DNA of 64,000 bases, from NCBI RefSeq assembly GCF_009914755.1, contig NC_060934.1. One strand, 5' to 3'. Source of the stretch: the human T2T-CHM13v2.0 reference genome, Homo sapiens. This document shows, piece after piece, positions 1 to 14,394 of the stretch. Below the pieces are notes generated by a model. It was given only the letters and a program-made list of their open reading frames with translations. It was not told the origin of the DNA and made no database searches. How positions within the stretch are numbered: the stretch's first letter is position 1; each line of letters starts with the position of its first letter. The position numbers were made by a program, and so were the translations under genes.

Positions 1-243
1 TTAGATACATATTTTTAATGCTTACCATTGGTTCCGATTGCCTACAGTAGTCAGTACAGCAATCTACTGTACAGGTTTGTAGCCTAGGAGCAATAGGCTG
101 CAGCATGCAGCCTCGGTATGCAGAAGGCTATGCCGTCTAGGTTTGTGTTAGTACACACTACGAGATTCGCACATGATGAAACTGCCTGATGATACACTTG
201 CATTTCTTAGAGCACTTCCCTGCTGTTAAGCAACACATGGCTA
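1..243 (+). mobile_element. Tigger3 (MER7/Golem)-type DNA transposon fossil, 3' part
   Basis: tgtacaggtttgtagcctaggagcaataggct...ctaggtttgtg...gttaagcaacacatggcta resembles the Tigger3 terminus. Confidence 0.75.
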
Positions 244-766
244 TATTCACCTTGCTCATGAGGACTGGCCTAGTGCCCTTGCAGAGCAATTAAAAATCCG
301 GGGCCTGTGATAATGATCCAAAGCAAGTCAGAGCTCCAGATGCTTGAAAACTGTGCTTCTGCACACCTATTAAGTTTGGGGGCCATTACTTTGATAGCAG
401 GTGTGCAGAGCCTGCGTCTAGTGTGTTACTGACCTCAGAAGTCCAGAGAGCCTCTGGGGATACCAGATCAGTTTCTGGAGTTATTCACATACTTGGAACA
501 ACTGAGGATAAGAACAAGACTCTGGTGAGTAGGGCAGGTATAAAACCTCCCTGAAGATTCTGAAATACCAATTGCTGTGAAGTTGCAGTGCCTTACCAAA
601 TGACCCCCAGGGCTCACAAGCAATCCCCAGGGCTCCCTGCTCACATTGCTGCAGTCTCCATCTCTACTTCTCCATACCTGGAGACTGAAGCTGGGCTTCC
701 ATACCCATCTACAAATTGGTTCTACAGTGACTATACAGTTCTTTCTTTTTATAAATAGCATTTGTT

Positions 767-1100
767 GGCTGGATACAGCAGCTTATGCCTGTAATCCCAG
801 CACTTTGGGAGACCGAGGTGGGAGGATTGCTTGAGCCCACGAGTTTGAGACCAGCCTGGGCAACATATTGAGACTCCGTGTCTATTAAAAATTTTGAAAA
901 TTAGCCAGGCATGGTGGTGTGTGCCTGTAGTCCCAGCTACTTGGAAGGCCGAGGTGGGAGGATCACTCAAACCTAGGAGGTCAAGGCTGCATTGAGCTGA
1001 GATCATGCCACTGCACTTGGGCCTAGGTGACAGAGTGAAACCCTGTCTCAAAAAAGAAAAATATATATATATATACAAACACACACACACACATATATAA
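767..1100 (+). mobile_element. AluJ-type SINE with (AT)n(AC)n tail
   Basis: Two-arm Alu; TSD atagcatttgtt on both sides. Confidence 0.92.
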
Positions 1101-1496
1101 ATATAGCATTTGTTGTTTTTCTTTAATAAGAAAGTAATACAGCTTCCCTGCAGAAAATCTAAGAAAAAGTGTAAAATAGAAAATAAGGGGCAATCAGGGA
1201 TAACTAATATTAACATTTGAATGTATGGCCTTCCAAACAAGTATTATACACATTTTTTAAAAAGGCATAATTCTGGACATGTGTTATAACCTGCATTTTC
1301 TACTGAACTTCTGTGTTCACCTTACCTTTTGTTAATAAATAAGACAATAATTTACCCCTTGGCCTTTCCCAGTGTGGCAGTGGATTTTGCCTGTGAAATA
1401 GAAACAGCCTGAAAGAATTCAAAATCCAGCTCCATCCGACTTAAACTTGAATATTAAGCAGTGCAAATGTTGCAAGAAGGAATTATCTTTAAAACA

Positions 1497-1675
1497 ACCA
1501 GGGACTGGTTTCGTGGAAGATGATTTTTCCACAGACCGGGGAGCGGGGGGTTTGAGATGAAACGATTCCACCTCAAATCATCAGACATTAGTTAGATTCT
1601 CACAAGAAGTGCGCAACCCTTGTATGCACAGTTCACAATAGGGTTCACGCTCCTATGAGAATCTAATGCTGCTGT
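1497..1675 (+). mobile_element. MER1-type hAT-Charlie fragment
   Basis: ggtttcgtggaagatgatttttccac...gttcacaatagggttcacgctcctatgagaatctaatgc. Confidence 0.75.
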
Positions 1676-1677
1676 TA

Positions 1678-1900
1678 ATATTTATTGAATGCTTATTCTA
1701 TGCCAGACACTATGCCAGAAACGATACAAATGTTATTTGGTTAAATGCCTGCAATGACCCTGTGTGACAGCACCACCACCCTTATTTACAAATGACACTG
1801 TAGCTTAGAGGGGTCCAGGAACTTGCATCTTTGCAAGCTGTGAGACTCAGTGCCAGGTCCCCTGGCCCTGGCCCTGAAGGTCATGTTTTTAACCCCTGCA
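1678..1900 (-). mobile_element. MIR SINE, degraded
   Basis: aatatttattgaatgcttattctatgccagacact...cttattttaca-like core. Confidence 0.6.
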
Positions 1901-2143
1901 TGGCATTATCCAAGTAACCTCTGTCAATAAAGCCACCTGCAAAGACCATGGCAAGGCTTAATGCATTGTATATATAGAAAGCCTATGGCAACAGAACCTA
2001 TTAAAAATGGATTAAACTTTTCTCTGTACTTTTTGCTAGGATATTAGACCACAAAGAGACCAAAACCAGATTTTTTTCTCCTTATGATTTAATATGTAAT
2101 ATCAAGGAATCTGTCCAGATTGTAGAATAGGGAATTCAAGTAA

Positions 2144-2481
<338 letters not shown>

Positions 2482-3042
2482 TCAGTAGAGCGATTTCTAA
2501 TCGAAGTGTGATATCCCTGTAACCGCTCCTCTATAGCCCTGAGTGAATAACTGCTAAACAGTTCCTAGGCAGCTGCTGCTGCATCACTTTCAGAGGAAAT
2601 TTTTGTGGTTATCCTCTCTTTGGGACAGTTAGAGCTTTTGAATGAGTAAAGAGAAATCATTCTAAGTGATATTTGCCAAAAAAAAGGAAGAAAAGAAAAA
2701 CCACCCAACAACCCATAACAGTTATTTGCTGATGACCAAACTCTTCTACCAGTCCCACTGACCAAAGTGAGTTTTACTTTAAAACTTTGGCATGACAGGA
2801 AGAGACTGCAACTAAAGCCTGGTGAAGATCAAGGCTACTGAAGATGAAAGAGTTATTAGAAGCCTGGATTTTGTGGATCTGGAGATAGGAGAGCTTTGGA
2901 AGCTTTCTAAATGGTGAGAAATGAATAATAAATAATAAATGAATAAAATGAAACCCACCCCCTTTTCATGGATGGACCTAGTACTTTTTTTCTTCTTACA
3001 ATAGACTAGCTAAATTATTTATCCTCGGGGTATAAACAATGA

Positions 3043-3501
<459 letters not shown>

Positions 3502-3736
3502 AACTCTTTTCCAAAAATAAAGCCAGTGTTGCTTCCAGCCATGACTTCCATATTCTGGCCAGAAATTATTTTCCTTTCTGCCACCCCTCATGTGGGCTGG
3601 CCCCTCATGATGGCTAATGATACCCAGATGTCCTGGATCCACAGGGTCCTCACCTTCAACTGCCTTTCTGTCAATGCATAGTCCCCCCAACTAGCTCCTG
3701 CTAGAGAATAAAAATTAAAAGCCACACCTCTCTCTC

Positions 3737-4029
3737 TTTTTTTTTTTTGAAACGGAGTCTCGCTCTGTTGTTCAGGCTGGAGTGCAGTGTGGCACGATCT
3801 CGGTTCACTGCAACCTCCGCCTCCTGGGTTCAAGTGATTCTCCTGCCTCAGCCTCCTGAGTAGCTGGGATTACAGGCACGCACCACTACGCCCGGCTAAT
3901 TTTTGTATTTTTAGTAGAGACGGGTTTCACTATGTTGGTCAGGCTGGTCTCGAACACATGACCTCGTGATCCACCCGCCTCGCCCTCCCAAAATGCTGGG
4001 ATTACAGGCGTGAGCCATTGCGCCCAGCC
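3737..4029 (-). mobile_element. AluS
   Basis: Full Alu; TSD cacacctctct/cacacttctct. Confidence 0.93.
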
Positions 4030-4659
4030 CACACTTCTCTATTTTGAACCAACAGTGAAGAGCTCCCTAGTTAAAATGGGGATATTTTCATATCTCGAAG
4101 CTCTCAGGCTAGGTTATAATTCCATTAATAACAACAATAGGACATCTTTCTTTCTACAAGAGTACCAATGCCTCGGGTCGATGTGGGAAAGTGCTGCTTG
4201 GCTCCTTATGTTAGGGAGCTACAGCCCTGGCTGGTGGCTCTTTAGTCATTTCCTGATGTTTATTTTTTTCTGGTAAAATGCACAGCTCTTCTGGCCTCGT
4301 CAGTCTGGGCCAGTGGAGGTGCAGGAAGCGGGACTTGCAACTTAAAAGTAGCTTTTCAGAATAAACAGACCACCACCCAGTGATCGTTTTCACTAAGCAC
4401 ATTAAATATTCTTGATGCTAACTCATTCAGCATAGTCCCACTTTCCAAGATTGCTCCTCTGTGATCTCAAAGGCTCCATCTTCCCCAAGTTTAAAATGTT
4501 CAGCCTGAAGTTTCACTTTGAAGATTTGAATGCAGTCTATGGGGAGGCCAGTGTCAGCGGGGGATGAGAAAGAGGGTCTGGAAATGTTAAGTATTCTCGT
4601 TTCTATTCTTGGCTCTTGGTATTCACCACGAGGGTGGTCTGGAGGGAGACTTAGAGGCC

Positions 4660-4905
4660 GTGTAGTGTAATGGTCAGAGTCCAGACTCTAGACCTAGACA
4701 GCATGAGCTGCACCTCTGCTCTCTCACTTAGCATCAGCGTGCCAAGCTGGCCAGCTGCTTGACTTCTCTGCATTTCATCTTTATCACCTATTAAATGAAG
4801 ATAATAGTACCAGAGTCATAGGGTAGTTATGTGGACCACACGAGTTCATATTTTATAAAACACTTAGAAGAGAGCTTGAGCACATATACCAAGCACTATG
4901 GAAGT
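4660..4905 (+). mobile_element. MIR SINE
   Basis: gtgtagtgtaatggtcagag...cttctctgcatttcatctttatcacctattaaatgaagataatagtac. Confidence 0.7.
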
Positions 4906-6816
4906 CCTTGTTAAAAAAAAAAAAAGAAAGAAAAAGTTAACCTCCTCTCTCACTTTAATTTTCTACATCTAGAAAATGGAATTAAATGCAGTCACCAGAA
5001 AAATTAGTGTTATTCGATGATTTAATATGAAAACCATTATGTAAGGAGAAAATATTTTAACTCTGGGCAAAAGCCCATCAGCTCAGATTAATGGATTAAG
5101 TGTGCAGAATCTATCATCTTCAAAGACAAAAATGGCTTTTCTGATGGTCCTTTGTGCCAAAACACCACAACATGCCAAGACAAAGAGACCTGGAGCCACA
5201 TTAAAGAATATCTATTAGCTTTAAGTGTCTAATGGATTTTGTTACTTCATTTTCTCAAGGGGAATATTGGAGATGTTACCCAAAGTGTTTCATCCATGAA
5301 ACCTAGATTTCCAGCCAAAGTCTCAGAAAATGACTTCCTAACTATGCATGAATAACTTCTGTGTGTGCTTGTATGTTGCAAAGAGCATTGTTTATAAAAG
5401 CACTCCTTTTTACATGCAGGTTGGGCTACTAGTTCTGAAACCTAAATGCATTTATAGTGCTTCTTAGCTAAATCTTAATTTTGTCCCCACATCTTAATAT
5501 TGATATTCATCCTTTCAGTTCTATATAGCCCAAGGGTTATTTCTCCCAAGATTCACTTTATAGTTACCACACTGCAGTTTTAGAAGGGTTGACTTGTTTA
5601 ATAAATATACAGCTGAATGGTGTTAGGCTACAAAGGACTAATGTGACTTCAGCAAAAAAAGACTTTTTAAATGGAAAAAAATATGCATTCATGATCTAGA
5701 AGTTGGCTGGAAAGTCTGTCTCCTCCATCTATTTTCAAACTCCTCAGTATCTCTGAAAAACCATCAAAAAGTATTTTTCCTTTGATACATGAACTGTAGT
5801 GTATCTTTGAATTGGCTCACATTATTACCATGCTTTTCAAATTCCTCAAATTACCATCTCCAGAAATGACACTTCAGACTAGGAAATCTCCGTGTTAAAC
5901 CTGTCTGACTGATTAACACCAGAAATGACACAATGAGAGAGGTGACGCTCACAAACTTCTTGGCTCTTCACAAGAGCGGCAAACGGCAGTTTTTCTACTC
6001 ACTGTTCATCTGCTGTATTTACTACTAGAAAAAACCCCCACATTTTAGACATAAGATGAATACTACTACCAAGTCTTTCTTCTACATTTTAAATATGCTG
6101 CAATGTTCTTAATAAACTTAAACCTTAAAACTCTACTTGGCATGTCGGTGTTCTGGCTTCACACATTTCTATGTTTAAAGGTTCTGCAATTTTCTGCTTT
6201 TAATTTAGGAACAGTATTTAAAGCCTAAACTGGGGTGAAGGTATACTTTGAAATGAAAATTGGGAAGATTTCTGCTGATGGTATCGAAGGGTATAAATTA
6301 AAAAAGAACCATGCATAAAGGCGGGGTAAAACTCCTTGCCCGTGGGAAGGTGGCTGGAGCTAGAGGTCACAGAGCACCCCTAGTCTAGCAGTCCTCCCAT
6401 GACCCCTTTTGACCAAAAGACCACTAAATAACTCATCTCCACTTTAAATCTTGCCAAGAGATCTACTCTAAATTTTGCCCAGGGATGTACATCCCAAACC
6501 AAGAAGAAAGGTAGCCTCCAAAAAAAGGAAGAGACCGGTCACCCCTACTTTTAAATGAGAACCACTCTGCTCCTAGAGAAAGATTCCCTGCCAAGGAGAA
6601 CCGGTTCTGGCTGAAGGAAGCCACACGTGGGTGAGTGGGGAAAGCTCTTGCTAACCGGAAGCATCTGATTATGTTCCTTTCCTATTAATCTATTAAATAC
6701 ACACCTATTAAATTCTGATGGCATACAGATCCTTTTTCCATGATTACCACCTAAACTTAGAATACAAGATATTGCTAGAAAAAAGTAAGGGATAAATTGC
6801 TTAAACCTAACAAGTC

Positions 6817-7135
<319 letters not shown>

Positions 7136-7229
7136 AAACCTAACAAGTTCATCTTTTGGGAGGAAAATAAAAAACATTTCATAGATCCAAAACCACCTGC
7201 TTATACAGTATTTGTCTGAGGCACTGGAT

Positions 7230-7410
7230 TTGTGGGAACATAGTGGACTCACTAAGTACGTGACCTTGGGCAAGTTATTTACACACACTATATCTAGGTT
7301 TCTTCACCTATAAAATGGGGATCATTGTAACACCTACTTCGTACGGTTGCTGTGGGGATAAAATGAGGTATTAAATGGAAAGCTCTTGAAACAGTGCCCA
7401 GCATATAAGA
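7230..7410 (+). mobile_element. MIR SINE
   Basis: gtgaccttgggcaagttattt...tataaaatggggatcatt...acagtgcccagcatata. Confidence 0.75.
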
Positions 7411-7543
7411 AGGGCTGTGGCACTCTGCTCCCTGACTTGAAGAAGTCAGGGTGCAAATCATCCTTTGTTAGCCAAGGGGCCACTCCAAGCTCCATAAAGG
7501 TACTAAGCCCCCTACTGGGTCTCTCCTGTCATACCTTAGGCCT

Positions 7544-7902
7544 TGATATGGTTTGCCTGTGTCCTCAAATCTCATCTTGAATTGTAATCCCCACATGTCG
7601 AGGGAGGGACCCAGTGAGAGGTGATCAGATCATGGGGTGGTTTCCCCCATGCTGTTCTCATGATAGTGAGGGAACTCTCATGAGAGCTGATGGTTTTATA
7701 AGGCAATTTTCCCTGCTCTTGCTCACTTTTCTCTCTCCTGCTGCCTTGTGAAGAAGGTGCCTGCTTCTCCTTCCGCCATGATTGTACATTTCCCGAGGCC
7801 TCCCCAGCTACACAGAACTGTGAGTAAATCAAACTTCCTTTGTTTATAAATGACCCAGTCTCAGGTAGTATCTTTATAGCCATGTGAGAATGGAAAAATA
7901 TA
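7544..7902 (+). mobile_element. MaLR solo LTR (THE1D/MSTA-like)
   Basis: Starts tgatatggtttg, ends ...aatata. Perfect 5-bp TSD ggcct on both sides. Confidence 0.9.
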
Positions 7903-8275
7903 GGCCTCTTACTTATTTTCTTAGGATGCTCTAGAGAAGAGAATGAAATTGTCTGGGGAAGTCTTCAAAGGGGAAGGTTCCTGGATCCCATCTCTGAGAT
8001 TGTGTTCAGGTAGGTAATAGCTATGGCACTTGAACAAGCTCCTCAGGTGTTCCGATGTTGAGGGTGAAGGGGCTACCCTATGAGAACTATGGTGTGGGCC
8101 ATTCAAAATGGACTGTTTTAGTAAAGAACCATGCTGGAATTCCTGGTGTTCACTACGGTATAGCAGCACAAGGCACTATTACCTTGTCATAGTAAAAATA
8201 TATATATATTATTGGATTTCTAATATTCCAGTAAGGGCCAACTAGCCATCTTACGCCTGTATCGAATGAACCAAG

Positions 8276-8842
8276 ATTTTTTTTTGTAATAATTTCAACT
8301 ACTATTTTAAATTCAGGAGGTACATATGCAGGTTTGTTACACAGGTATATTGTGTGATGCTGAGGTTTGAGGTATGAAGGATCCTGAAACTCAGTAGTGA
8401 GCACAGTACCCGATAGGCAGCTTTTTAGCTTTTGCTCTCCCTCTCTCCACCCTTTTGGAGTCTCCAGTGCTTATGGTTTCCTTCTTTGTGTCTATGTGTA
8501 CTCAATGCTTAGCTCTAATTTATAAATGAGAACATGTGGTATTTGATTTTTTCTTCCTGTGTTAATTTGCTTAGGATGATGGCCTTCAGCTGCATCCATG
8601 TGGCTGCAAAGGTTATAACTTAATTCTTTTTTATGACTGTGTAGTGTTCCATGGTGTATATGTACCTCACTTTCTTTATCCAATCCACTCTTGATGGACA
8701 TCTGGGTTATTTAATGTGTTTGGTATTGTGAATAGTGCTGCGATGAATATACAAATGCATGTGTCTTTTTGGTCGAATGATTTATTTTCCTTTGGCTATA
8801 TACCCACTAATGGGATTGCTGTGTTGAATGGTAATCCTGTTT
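8276..8842 (-). mobile_element. 5'-truncated L1P (old L1PA/L1PB) 3' end
   Basis: L1 3'UTR and ORF2 C-terminal remnant. TSD-like aatgaaccaag/aataaaccaag. Confidence 0.88.
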
Positions 8843-10552
8843 TAATAAACCAAGTTCTTGATTCTAATTAAATATGAATAGCAGATATAACACTTTTATA
8901 AGAAAATATCGCCCAGAAATTGGTAACTCCAGCTTCAAAAATACTATTTATTGTCTATCTTTGCTTAAATATGGATATAATACCTCTAAAAATTCTTTTT
9001 GTCAGGTGAGGTGGTAAAACATCTCAGTTTACTTGCATTTCTTTTGCCCAGTTCTTACAATTTTTGCTAGGCTATGACATATAAATCTGGGAGAATTATT
9101 ACTAATACAAACTTGAGAACAAAGGAATTCAAGATTTTCATTGTAATATATTACAAGATACTTCAGAATATGCAAATCACCCTCCTTCTTCTAACTGGAA
9201 TAGCCATGGTAATGACATACTGTTATGAGATCTGTGTTTTCTGTTTTGAAAATAAACATGTGGCCCAGTGCAAAATTGTTGTGCTGGTAGGGCCTTTTAT
9301 TTTTATAAGTCTTTGACTTTTTTCTTAATCTTTCCTTTGGGAAAAGAAGGTGACAAATAGTATTCCACATGGAATCATCAAAAACTAATTATTCAACCTA
9401 ACATAGAATTTCTTTCTAGGGTAGGATAATAAGCTTTTATAAACTAAAGTGAACTTAGTTTCTGCTGCTCTTGGAATATTTTATTCAGGCCTGCCTCAAA
9501 AAGAACAGAGCATTGTTTTATTATACACTGACATAGTGATGAGGTTTTATGAACAGAGTATTTGGTTATTTTTAGTCTGTTATTTCTAGGTCAGCCCTGC
9601 GAGGTAGCTGGAGCTACATGGTCTCTAAAGAGGAACAGGGACTAGGGTAGAGATCCACCAGGCGAACAGCTTGGCCACTGCTCAACCAAAACGACTGAGG
9701 CAGAGCACAGAGGTTAGGATCCTGGATTGAATTGTGATGGAGGATAGAGAGGATCCTATCTAGGCCTTCTCATGGCTTTGCTTTTGAACAGCCACAGAAT
9801 GTCATAGCATCAGCTTCTGGAACCATAGGGCTGAAGAGGACTAAACTGCTAACGGTGGCCATCTGAAAGCCACCTATATGTCTAGGGACAGAGCTTGAGA
9901 TCTGAGAACAACTCTTGGCTGTGTGTGTGCTGAGAGATGAGCTGGGCTTGTGCCTCCCCCAGAGCCTGTGGGGTCATTCTATGCTGAGACCACTCCTCCC
10001 AATGGCCAAAAATTAAACATAGCAGGTCTAAAACAATAAGGATCTATACTACAGAGTTAAGAAGTGTAATATGCAGGAGAGGTATTTCTGTAGGCATCAC
10101 CAGACATTCAAACTACAGTACTTAAGCATGAATCAAAGAAACTATAAAGAAAGAAAGGGAAAGAGAGAGAGAACAAACACCATGATGATCTTAGGTTTAA
10201 AAATACCCCCAAACAAGAACTGAATAATTACCAGGAAAAGGCAAGAACAAGTATAATACACAGAAAAGTTTTTGCAAGGCCATTTCATGGAAATTTAAGT
10301 ACAAAAGAATGGCATGTTCATATGATTTAAATGTATTTAAATGCCAAACGACCATACATACTGTGTTACTGATGTCACATATGGTTATAAGTAAATAAGA
10401 CACCTATAAATAAAAAGGAAAACATATTTGTTTTAGTCACTAAAAGTTACTGATTTAGAGAAATGGCCAATGAATGTAATACTTCTGGGGGATTAAAAGC
10501 AATTTTCTGCTTTTTCTTATCTTTTCTACTCTTTGTTATATCTTTTGATGAC

Positions 10553-10914
10553 TGTTATGGTTTGGCTGTGTCCCCACCCAAATCTCATCTTGAATTGTAG
10601 CTCCCACAATTCCCATGTGCAGTGAGAGGGACCTGGTGGGAGGTAATTGAATCATGGGGACAGGTCTTTTCCATACTGTTCTCATGGTAGTGAATAAGTC
10701 TCATGAAATCTGATGATTTCACAAGGGGTTTCCCCTTTTGCTTGGCTCTCATCTTCTTTTGCCTGCTGCCATGAAAATGTGCCTTTTGCCTTTTGCCATG
10801 ATTGTGAGGCCTCTCCAGCCACGTGGAACTGGGAGTCCATTAAACCTCTTTTTCTTGATAAATCACCCAGTCTTGGGTATGTCTTTATCAGCAGCATGAA
10901 AATGGACTAATACA
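10553..10914 (+). mobile_element. THE1-type MaLR solo LTR
   Basis: tgttatggtttggctgtgtccccacccaaatctcatcttgaattgtagctccc...aatggactaataca. Confidence 0.92.
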
Positions 10915-11135
10915 ATTATAGAGAGAAATGTAATATTTTAACAACCACTAACATACTCTTACCAGTTTTAAAATAAACAACAGAAATAGAGGGAAAGGCA
11001 GAAAGCTGTGCAAAAGAGAAAAGGAAGCAAACATGACATTTCCAGAACAAACCAGATCCATTTATCTATACTTTTTGGGTTTGGTTTTGGAATATACTAC
11101 ACATACTCCAAAGTGCTTTAAAAATTAAATCCCCA

Positions 11136-11549
<414 letters not shown>

Positions 11550-12879
11550 TCAAAGTATCATACAAAAAAGCCTGGCACTCGTACACAAGAGTAAACAGAC
11601 TACATATTTTCATCATAAAAGCACAAACAAATTGCCTTTTTTTTTTTTTTTAACAGCAGCCAGGAAAACCCTCCATTCCTTGCAAGAGTCCCAAGCTCCT
11701 GCAGGTGTGTGGTAGTTCTAGTTACTTTTCCACCACTCAGAAGGTGGAAGCAAGAGTAATTGTTATAGCCCAGCCTTGCATTCAAGGGCAGAATGGTTTC
11801 TCACAAGAAACCAGGAACTGTGAGGACCTCTGAGCCTCAAAATGTGTCCCAGCACCATTGCTCCTGACATCCTCTATTATTTTCAATGTCTACCCAGTTA
11901 GACCCCTCCCAGTTAATGGCCAGCAGTAGCGTGCCACTGTCTGCATTACATGTGGTTTGCACATGAGTCCGAACCCAAGGGAGCAGAAGACATCTACTGA
12001 ACATAGAAGGAGAAACGCTCCTTCCCAGGCCACCCACAGTGGAAGCTGAAAACAAGGCATGACACAACACACACGAAGAAGTGAGCCACTGTCGCAGGCC
12101 TCTGGGCAATGTTAATTACACCGCCCACAGTATAAGACAAGAATAGGAGACAGGAAAGGAGAGATGCTCAGTAAGGCTTAACAGAAAAAAAAAAAAATCT
12201 CATATTTTCCATGCACTCAGTAACCAGTTCTATTATCCAGCCAATTTTCAGCTTAATTTAGGAGGTTTATAAAAATCATCCTACAAGATAGATGGTTTGT
12301 TAGGCAACTTAGTATATAGACTCTTATTTGGACAGGAAGATGCACATAAAATGAAAAATACTTCCAATGTGAAAGGAGCAAGGAATCTATATTTATGTTG
12401 ACTTTTAGGAGCTCATGGAGAAGAATAAAGACAGGAGAGATAAGGGATGAGGAAGGGCCCTACTAAAGGTAAAAATGCATTTAATTAATTATTCACGTGA
12501 CTAATCATAATGATAATAAAGAGAATAGAAAAAACAGAAAGTGGGCCAGAGTTGGAAAAAGATGATTATTTTTATACTGAAGAAGAAAAGGGTAATGAGA
12601 GCTGTGTGGGACAAGGGCTGGAAGCATGTATCAAAAGGTTACTTTAGAACTGGGAGTTTATGATTAATTGAAGAAGTATTCAAATGGAAATTCCATGCTA
12701 ACTTTAGTAGTTATAAAGACACAGAGAAAAATAATAACCTATTAGCTATTTGAATTCCTAAAGCGGCTTTCTTGTAGGATTCATGCCTTTTTTGTTGTTG
12801 TTGCTTATCTTGAATTAAACACCCTTGTTTACTGCTAATCAGTACAAACTTAACCACACTCTATTCCTCAAACGGTAAG

Positions 12880-13105
12880 TTACACTGGAAAGATAATAGA
12901 TTTGGGACCTCCGATATTGGGGTTTGAATCCCAGTTGTGCTGGGATTTTATTCAAAAAGGTTTGGGGCAAGTTACTTAATCTCTCTGAGTCTTATTTTTT
13001 CTGCTCATCTGTGAAATAGATATAAGAGTAGCAAACAATTGGTACTCTCGTGAAAATTAGGAATAGTCACTGTCAGACACGGGTACCCAATAACATTCAA
13101 TGAGC
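12880..13105 (+). mobile_element. MIR SINE
   Basis: gggtttgaatcccag...ggcaagttacttaatctctctgagtctt...catctgtgaaatag. Confidence 0.7.
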
Positions 13106-14394
13106 TGCAGCAATAATTACTCCACAACTGCAAACATTGTTTTTGTAGAGACAGCACACTTTTAAGATTTACCTTGAAATGGATCAGAAAACAAGTAATG
13201 CAACAATCCAGAATAGTTTTTGTATTTGAATTGCCTAAGCTGGGTCAAGGGCAGTTATGTTATGTCTATGATTGATGCTTGAGTGTGGAAAATTCTCAAA
13301 AGAGCACAAGCTGCATATTACAAAGTTTCCAGTTTTAGAGACTCCTTGGAGAAGGTCACTTAAATTGGTTAGTAGCCATAATATGCAAAACATTAGGATG
13401 GAATCTTCACCGAGAGTGAGAACGTGCATACCAAGGCTAATTCCAAAATTATGTCAGCAGCTAGTCTTCTGCTGTTCTCTTTTAGAGCTGGTGCATGAAC
13501 TAGCATCCTACGTATATCACCCACTCAATCATATAGGTATGTGACAGTGTTTTACTCTTAATGGCTTGGAGACAAGTTTTAAATGTAAAGGTTCTTACTC
13601 AAGAAGAGTATGGCATTTGAATGTAGGTGACACCTTTGGAAATTCCCAATTTTTAAAAGCTACTTCTCTAATCTGTTGGTAAGAATTTTCTGTGAGGATC
13701 TAACTGTTATACCCATCCTTTTCACAACTTTTCACAAAGTAACCACGTGTTACCTAAAAGACTTAAATTGTATCACTGCTTCATTCTTAACCAGTATACT
13801 TGGTATTCTCAAATTCTCAGATTTACTGGTGCAAGAATGTATATATGTTTTCAAATACTCCTGGTATTTTACAAATAGGCTGACAATCCCAAAACTTCTT
13901 CCCCCTGCCTTGCTGAATGGGAAGAATATTCAATTTTCCTTGGAATTATTGTTGCCATCCTTGGATGCCTGGCACTTAGATAGGGAATGTGTAATCACAT
14001 TACAATGTATCTGAAATTATTCAAATGAGAACAAAATTATCTTTTTGTGAGTGTTGTATGGAAAACTATACTTTGCATGCAGAATGTTGCCTCTTTCTCC
14101 CCCTTTTTGATATAATAAAGGGCCAGGACACCTTAATACAACCTGTGATGATAATAACAGTATTTAGTGAGCATTTTGCAAGTCATAAACCTGCAATTTA
14201 TCTCATTTCTTATTTGTGCACACTTCCATTATTTTCAAAACAATCCCCAATTTATAATGTGGAAATTGAGCCTCAGAGAAGCCCACTGACAGGTCCAAGG
14301 CCAAATTGTTAGTCAACAATAGGGCTAGCACTGGAAGTCAGATCTTCTCATTTCAAGTGTAACAGAATTTGCTCTTCTCCATGTTGTCTTTGTT

